DNA of 63,400 nt, counting the filler, from Octopus bimaculoides (lineage: Eukaryota), in NCBI RefSeq assembly GCF_001194135.2. It is 4 parts of 4 records of this genome, joined end to end, with 100 filler letters (N's around TTAATTAATTAA, not from the genome) between each part and the next. Parts side by side here need not be neighbours in the genome. Positions count along the whole stretch, not along the records: positions 61,620 to 63,400 come from NW_026426632.1; 3 more parts are not named here. One strand, 5' to 3'. The notes beneath the pieces are model-generated. The model saw only the letters and a program-made list of their open reading frames with translations, had not been told where the DNA came from and did not search any database. A program made the translations under genes and the position numbers. Below, piece after piece: positions 62,657-63,400 of this stretch. Every line of letters starts with the position of its first letter. The first letter of the stretch is position 1.

Positions 62657-63087
62657 GAACATACCAGTTGCCCCCTGGTGTGTACAATGAGGAATGGGAT
62701 GTCTAATGTGCGAGGTTACAGGTGGATCGAATGGAACGAGTGAACATACCAGACATTTTGATGGTATGTAGAAAGAAAGACTAGTAGTTCGATGAACGAA
62801 GTAATAAGATGAACGAATATGCCATATCGTCCCTATGGTATATCGACAAGAGATTCGATGAACGAAGTAACGAGTACACAGAAGGAAAGGAATGAACATA
62901 CCCTATCGCCCCGATGGTGTGTCGAAAAGAAAGATGAGACATCCGTTAAACGAAGCAAGGAGTAGACCGAATGTGAAGCTTGAAGATACAGAGAAGATGG
63001 AAGATTGCCTGAAGCGTGAAAGAGAAGAATGAAATTTTGAAAAGACTGAATAAGAAGGCAGTAAATACCAGTCGCCCCGATGGTACT
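62657..63087 (+). repeat. Degenerate roughly 80-bp repeats sharing a catacc-N-cgccccga-tggt motif
   Basis: Motif at about 62657, 62742, 62819, 62894 and 63064; ttcgatgaacgaagtaa occurs twice. Confidence 0.65.
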
Positions 63088-63355
63088 TCGATGGAAATAT
63101 GATGCCGAAGCAGCAGCGAGGATGGTTGAAGAGATCAAGAAGATACCCAAATCGAAAAATAAAATAAAGCACCTGGATAAGATAAAGACCCGTCGAAAAA
63201 CAACGAGGAATATTTTAATATTTTTTTTATTTGTTTTAATAGATGAGGTCATACCGAATGTGTTAAGGGCATGCTTACAACAATAAAGCATTGGATCCTA
63301 GTGGGGCCACCCACGTTAAAAACAGGGAATTAATGACAGTATGTCAGTAAGAATC

Positions 63356-63398
<43 letters not shown>

Positions 63399-63400
63399 CG

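Noticed and set aside
62833-63291. 152-aa minus-strand and 68-aa plus-strand ORFs
   Set aside because: No recognisable domain or splice context; consistent with chance ORFs in purine-biased sequence.

Overview
AT-rich, microsatellite- and transposon-dense animal genomic DNA. The repeat landscape looks like octopus or another cephalopod; this is inference from the SINE/RTE families, not a database match. Three identical 100-bp spacers (44 N + TTAATTAATTAA + 44 N, at 16946, 41780 and 61520) are six-frame-stop contig linkers, so the window is four joined blocks rather than one verified contig. Two spliced protein-coding genes are supported. The first is six consecutive, phase-compatible minus-strand exons (51442 to 42434) of an ACAD10/11-type acyl-CoA dehydrogenase, lacking its upstream and last exons. 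The second is three phase-compatible plus-strand exons (13167-15396) of an unrecognised, probably extracellular protein. The rest is decayed mobile DNA: RTE, CR1-like, R4-like and Penelope retroelements, Gypsy pieces, mariner, maT, Tc1, hAT and piggyBac relics, and several tRNA-derived SINE families. The most notable non-coding signals are a well-formed Penelope-type hammerhead ribozyme motif (60889-60943) inside a 410-bp fold-back, a 170-bp zero-spacer palindrome, a minisatellite-filled fold-back beside an ACAD10 splice acceptor, and a 147-bp tandem repeat.
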